Assembly (NCBI RefSeq): GCF_009914755.1
Contig: NC_060930.1
Length of the DNA: 64,000 nt
Origin: the human T2T-CHM13v2.0 reference genome, Homo sapiens
Strand: one strand, 5' to 3'
Shown: positions 61,195-64,000 of the stretch, in pieces
How the letters are laid out: each line of letters starts with the position of its first letter
Position numbering within the stretch: the first letter of the stretch is position 1
Notes under the pieces: model-generated
Told to the model about the DNA's origin: nothing
Database searches by the model: none
The model's input: the letters and a program-made list of their open reading frames with translations, nothing else
Program-made: the position numbers and the translations under genes

Positions 61195-61354
61195 GCATTT
61201 GGGTAGTATTCTGGGGTCCGACTATGCGAGTGTGGTGTCATAGATGACCAAGCTTGGCAGGTTCTTCCAGTGACAGTGGTGGAGTATGTGCCTCGATAAC
61301 TCTGTCCATTACCGTGGTAGCACTCCTGCACCCCAGGCCTCTGCTCAGTCGGTG
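61195..61354 (-). CDS. LPA: apo(a) KIV-2 exon 1, unit n-2 (type B signature)
   Basis: 160 nt; G14/C41/T86. Confidence 0.97.
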
Positions 61355-62564
61355 CTGAAATGAAAACACAAGAAATAAACTGAGTATCTCTGAGAATAAC
61401 GAAATATGTGAAGCCATTTATGACACAACCAGAAAGGAGTCTATGAGAATTACGAACGTTATCTTTCCCTTACCTGTAGGCAGATGGATGGGAGAAAACC
61501 AACCAAAAAACATACAGCAAACCTACAGATTCCTACCAATCTAGAACTGTAGTAAGTTCTAGGAAATATTTCACCTGAAATCCTTAGAAAAACAGAACAG
61601 AACAGACTCCTTCTCACTGCAAAGTGCGCTCACGAAGTAGCACCTTTCTATGAAACTCTACTGAATGTTCATACAAAGGGCACTGCATTTGGCAATGCAG
61701 GATGCAGGTGGTAATTGGCTGTCGAGGGCAGAGGAGGGGAAAGACATGGAAATTTTGCATGTTTCCCTAGATCGTTGATCATGAAAGCCAAGGCCTCTGG
61801 CTTCCAGGCCATGGGGCAGAAAACGATCCTATATATCTGACTGAAGGCAAAGACACTTTGCTTCTCAAGGATGTGTGCACGCCAAAACCTTCTTCCCTTG
61901 GAGGAGGGAGGGAATCTTCTCATGCCCTGCATCCTGAATTGCAGTAAAGGAGAAGTCTACTAACCTTTCTCTCTAGACCCCTCACAGGTACAAGTGCCAT
62001 CAGAAAGAGGTTTAAGAACACTGAGAAATCACTCCCTTCAAAGCCTAGGACTGAAGAGCCTTAGAGCATTGGGAGCTCATATACTGCTCCATAGACCCAG
62101 GACCATATGGAATTAATGCAGCCCTGTTAGGTTTCTCGAGGATGACAGGCTCCAGAGCCACATTTTTTGAAATCTGCAATGCTGAAGATTGCACTGACTG
62201 CTGGCTACTTGAAGAAATCCCCAGAAAAGCTTACTGCGACAGAAAGAATCACACACCTGACAGCACGTTACAATAAAAATTTTGGCTAAGACACTGAGAT
62301 AGCCCATTTTAGAAGGAGGTGAGTTGTGAAGCCCATCACCCTGGAAGGTTTGTGCCCATTCTAAAGACAAAGCCCACCCAAGTTGCACCAGAAATCACTC
62401 CGCTGGCTCCCCCAGAGAGTACACGGAGGCTTCCCCCAACATGGCAGAACTCCGGCAACACTCGAGCATCCGTTTACCATTGAAGGCGGCTGCATCAGTG
62501 GGAATTTCCATGGCTTTTCATCCCAGCATCGAAGCGTGTAGATGTCTGGCCACAGACTCCTTAC

Positions 62565-62746
62565 CTTGTTCGGAAGGAGCCTCTAGGCTTGGAACCGGGG
62601 TAACAGTCGGAGGCGCGACGGCAGTCCCTTCTGCGTCTGAGCATTGCGTCAGGTTGCAGTACTCCCACCTGACACCGGGATCCCTCGTATAACAATAAGG
62701 AGCTGCCACAGCATCTGGATTCCTGCAGTAGTTCATGATCAAGCCA
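62565..62746 (-). CDS. LPA: apo(a) KIV-2 exon 2, unit n-3 (its exon 1 lies beyond the window)
   Basis: 182 nt; same translation and splice sites. Confidence 0.95.
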
Positions 62747-64000
62747 CTGGAAATTCCAAAACGATACACGTCACAAGAGGTGGGACAACATGCAGGGGCA
62801 CCCCACACTCTCTCCTTTGTGCTGCAACAAGGTCATTACCGGTGCCTTTCTAATATTCCCATTAAAAGTACCATATGATTGCCACCAGCAAAAATGGCTC
62901 TCGATCACTAATCCTCTCTGCACATCTCTCATACTTAATAGATTATTACTATTTTTTTTAAATAAAAAATCTAAAGTAGCAAACGCTTCTTAGAAACACT
63001 GAGATAACACACACACGTGGCCGAAAAACGATCAGAGTATTCTCCTTCTGCCTCCTACCCAATCCATCTCTCTGGAATAACTGGTATGGGTTTTGACGTC
63101 TGTATTGTGGGATTGTGTATTCACATGCAAATGCATCTGTATCTGTCTAGTCTCCGTATCTCTCTCGGTAGGACTTCATATTCTAATGTGGGAGTTGCAA
63201 CGAACATGTAGTTCTTCAGAAAACACACGTCATCCAGGAGGATAGCCGTTCCAGGTCAACCCTCACACTCTATGTACTCAATACGTAGTGAAAAGGCTCT
63301 ACCTTTCCCACAGAAAAGCATTGTGCAAATAGTATTACTGTCTGTCAGGTTTAGTAGGTTTGTTTCTCCAAGACTTCTCAAAGCTGCCCTGGAAAACTTG
63401 CTCCCAGGCAGGATGCAGTATCTCTAGAAGGGGTTCCTAGGCAGGTCCTTCTCTCCTGCTCTCAGTCTACCCTCTGCTGGCCGCAGCTACTCCGGGACTG
63501 AGGGAAAGGGGGATGAGTTGAAAGAACAGTGGGACCCATGGCATAAAGGAAGACGGCAGGGTGGACTAAGAGATCTGAAGAGGTCGGACAGCTACGGAGC
63601 AGCAGAGAAAAATGCATTAGGGGGCAAAGCAGGCGAGTAGTTTGGGCTGCGGGGATCTTGAAGCATTCGCTCTTCCTTATGCCTCCCAAGAACGTTGCTC
63701 CAACCTCCCAGTATCCTCACATTCATGACCTCTGGCTGCCTGAGAAAATGGGAAATGTATTATGGGCCATGGGGTTCCAACACTGTCTCTCTAGAGACTC
63801 TAGACTTGTGGCCTAGTCTCAACCCCAGACCCTCCATTCCAGGAAGCTGGTTCAATGAGCAACTGGATGTATAAGAGCCTGAGCTCTTGAAAGACTTCTA
63901 GTTCTTCCTTGGCTTCCCTCTTTTGAATGCATGGACTATTCTTATTATACCAAAAACCTCAGAGTTCAAACCTTTGTGATTGCTCTAGGATTTGCAATAT

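Larger units (their letters stand above)
44515..64000. repeat. LPA: KIV-2 VNTR: 3.5 near-identical units, periods 5547, 5547 and 5557 bp; continues right of the window
   Basis: ORF track and exon coordinates recur at +5547, +5547, +5557; last KIV-3-specific base seen at 44514. Confidence 0.98.

Overview
Human (or near-identical great-ape) genomic DNA from inside LPA (apolipoprotein(a)), transcribed on the minus strand. The window holds 20 coding exons of the kringle IV array. In transcript order (high to low coordinate) these are: exon 2 of one KIV-2 unit, three complete KIV-2 units, KIV-3 to KIV-8 complete, and KIV-9 exon 1. Each kringle is a 160-nt plus a 182-nt exon (KIV-6 exon 2 is 158 nt), with intact GT-AG sites and no stop codons. 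44515-64000 is the near-identical ~5.55 kb KIV-2 VNTR; all three KIV-2 exon 1 copies carry the G/C/T 'KIV-2B' signature and match KIV-3 exon 1. 1-7900 is a three-deep nest of L1 elements in KIV-9 intron 1. The rest is paralogous intron with Alus, old L1/MER fragments, and micro- and minisatellites. This is a well-studied locus and I see no new gene or new biological system. The most interesting signals are structural: a B-type block at the 3' end of the array, a repeat-specific DraIII SNV, a 190-bp KIV-5/KIV-8 conversion tract, a chimeric KIV-5, a ~945-bp duplication in the KIV-3 intron, a self-templated patch in an L1, a fold-back insertion, and an Alu-tail GAA tract. All comparisons were made by eye.
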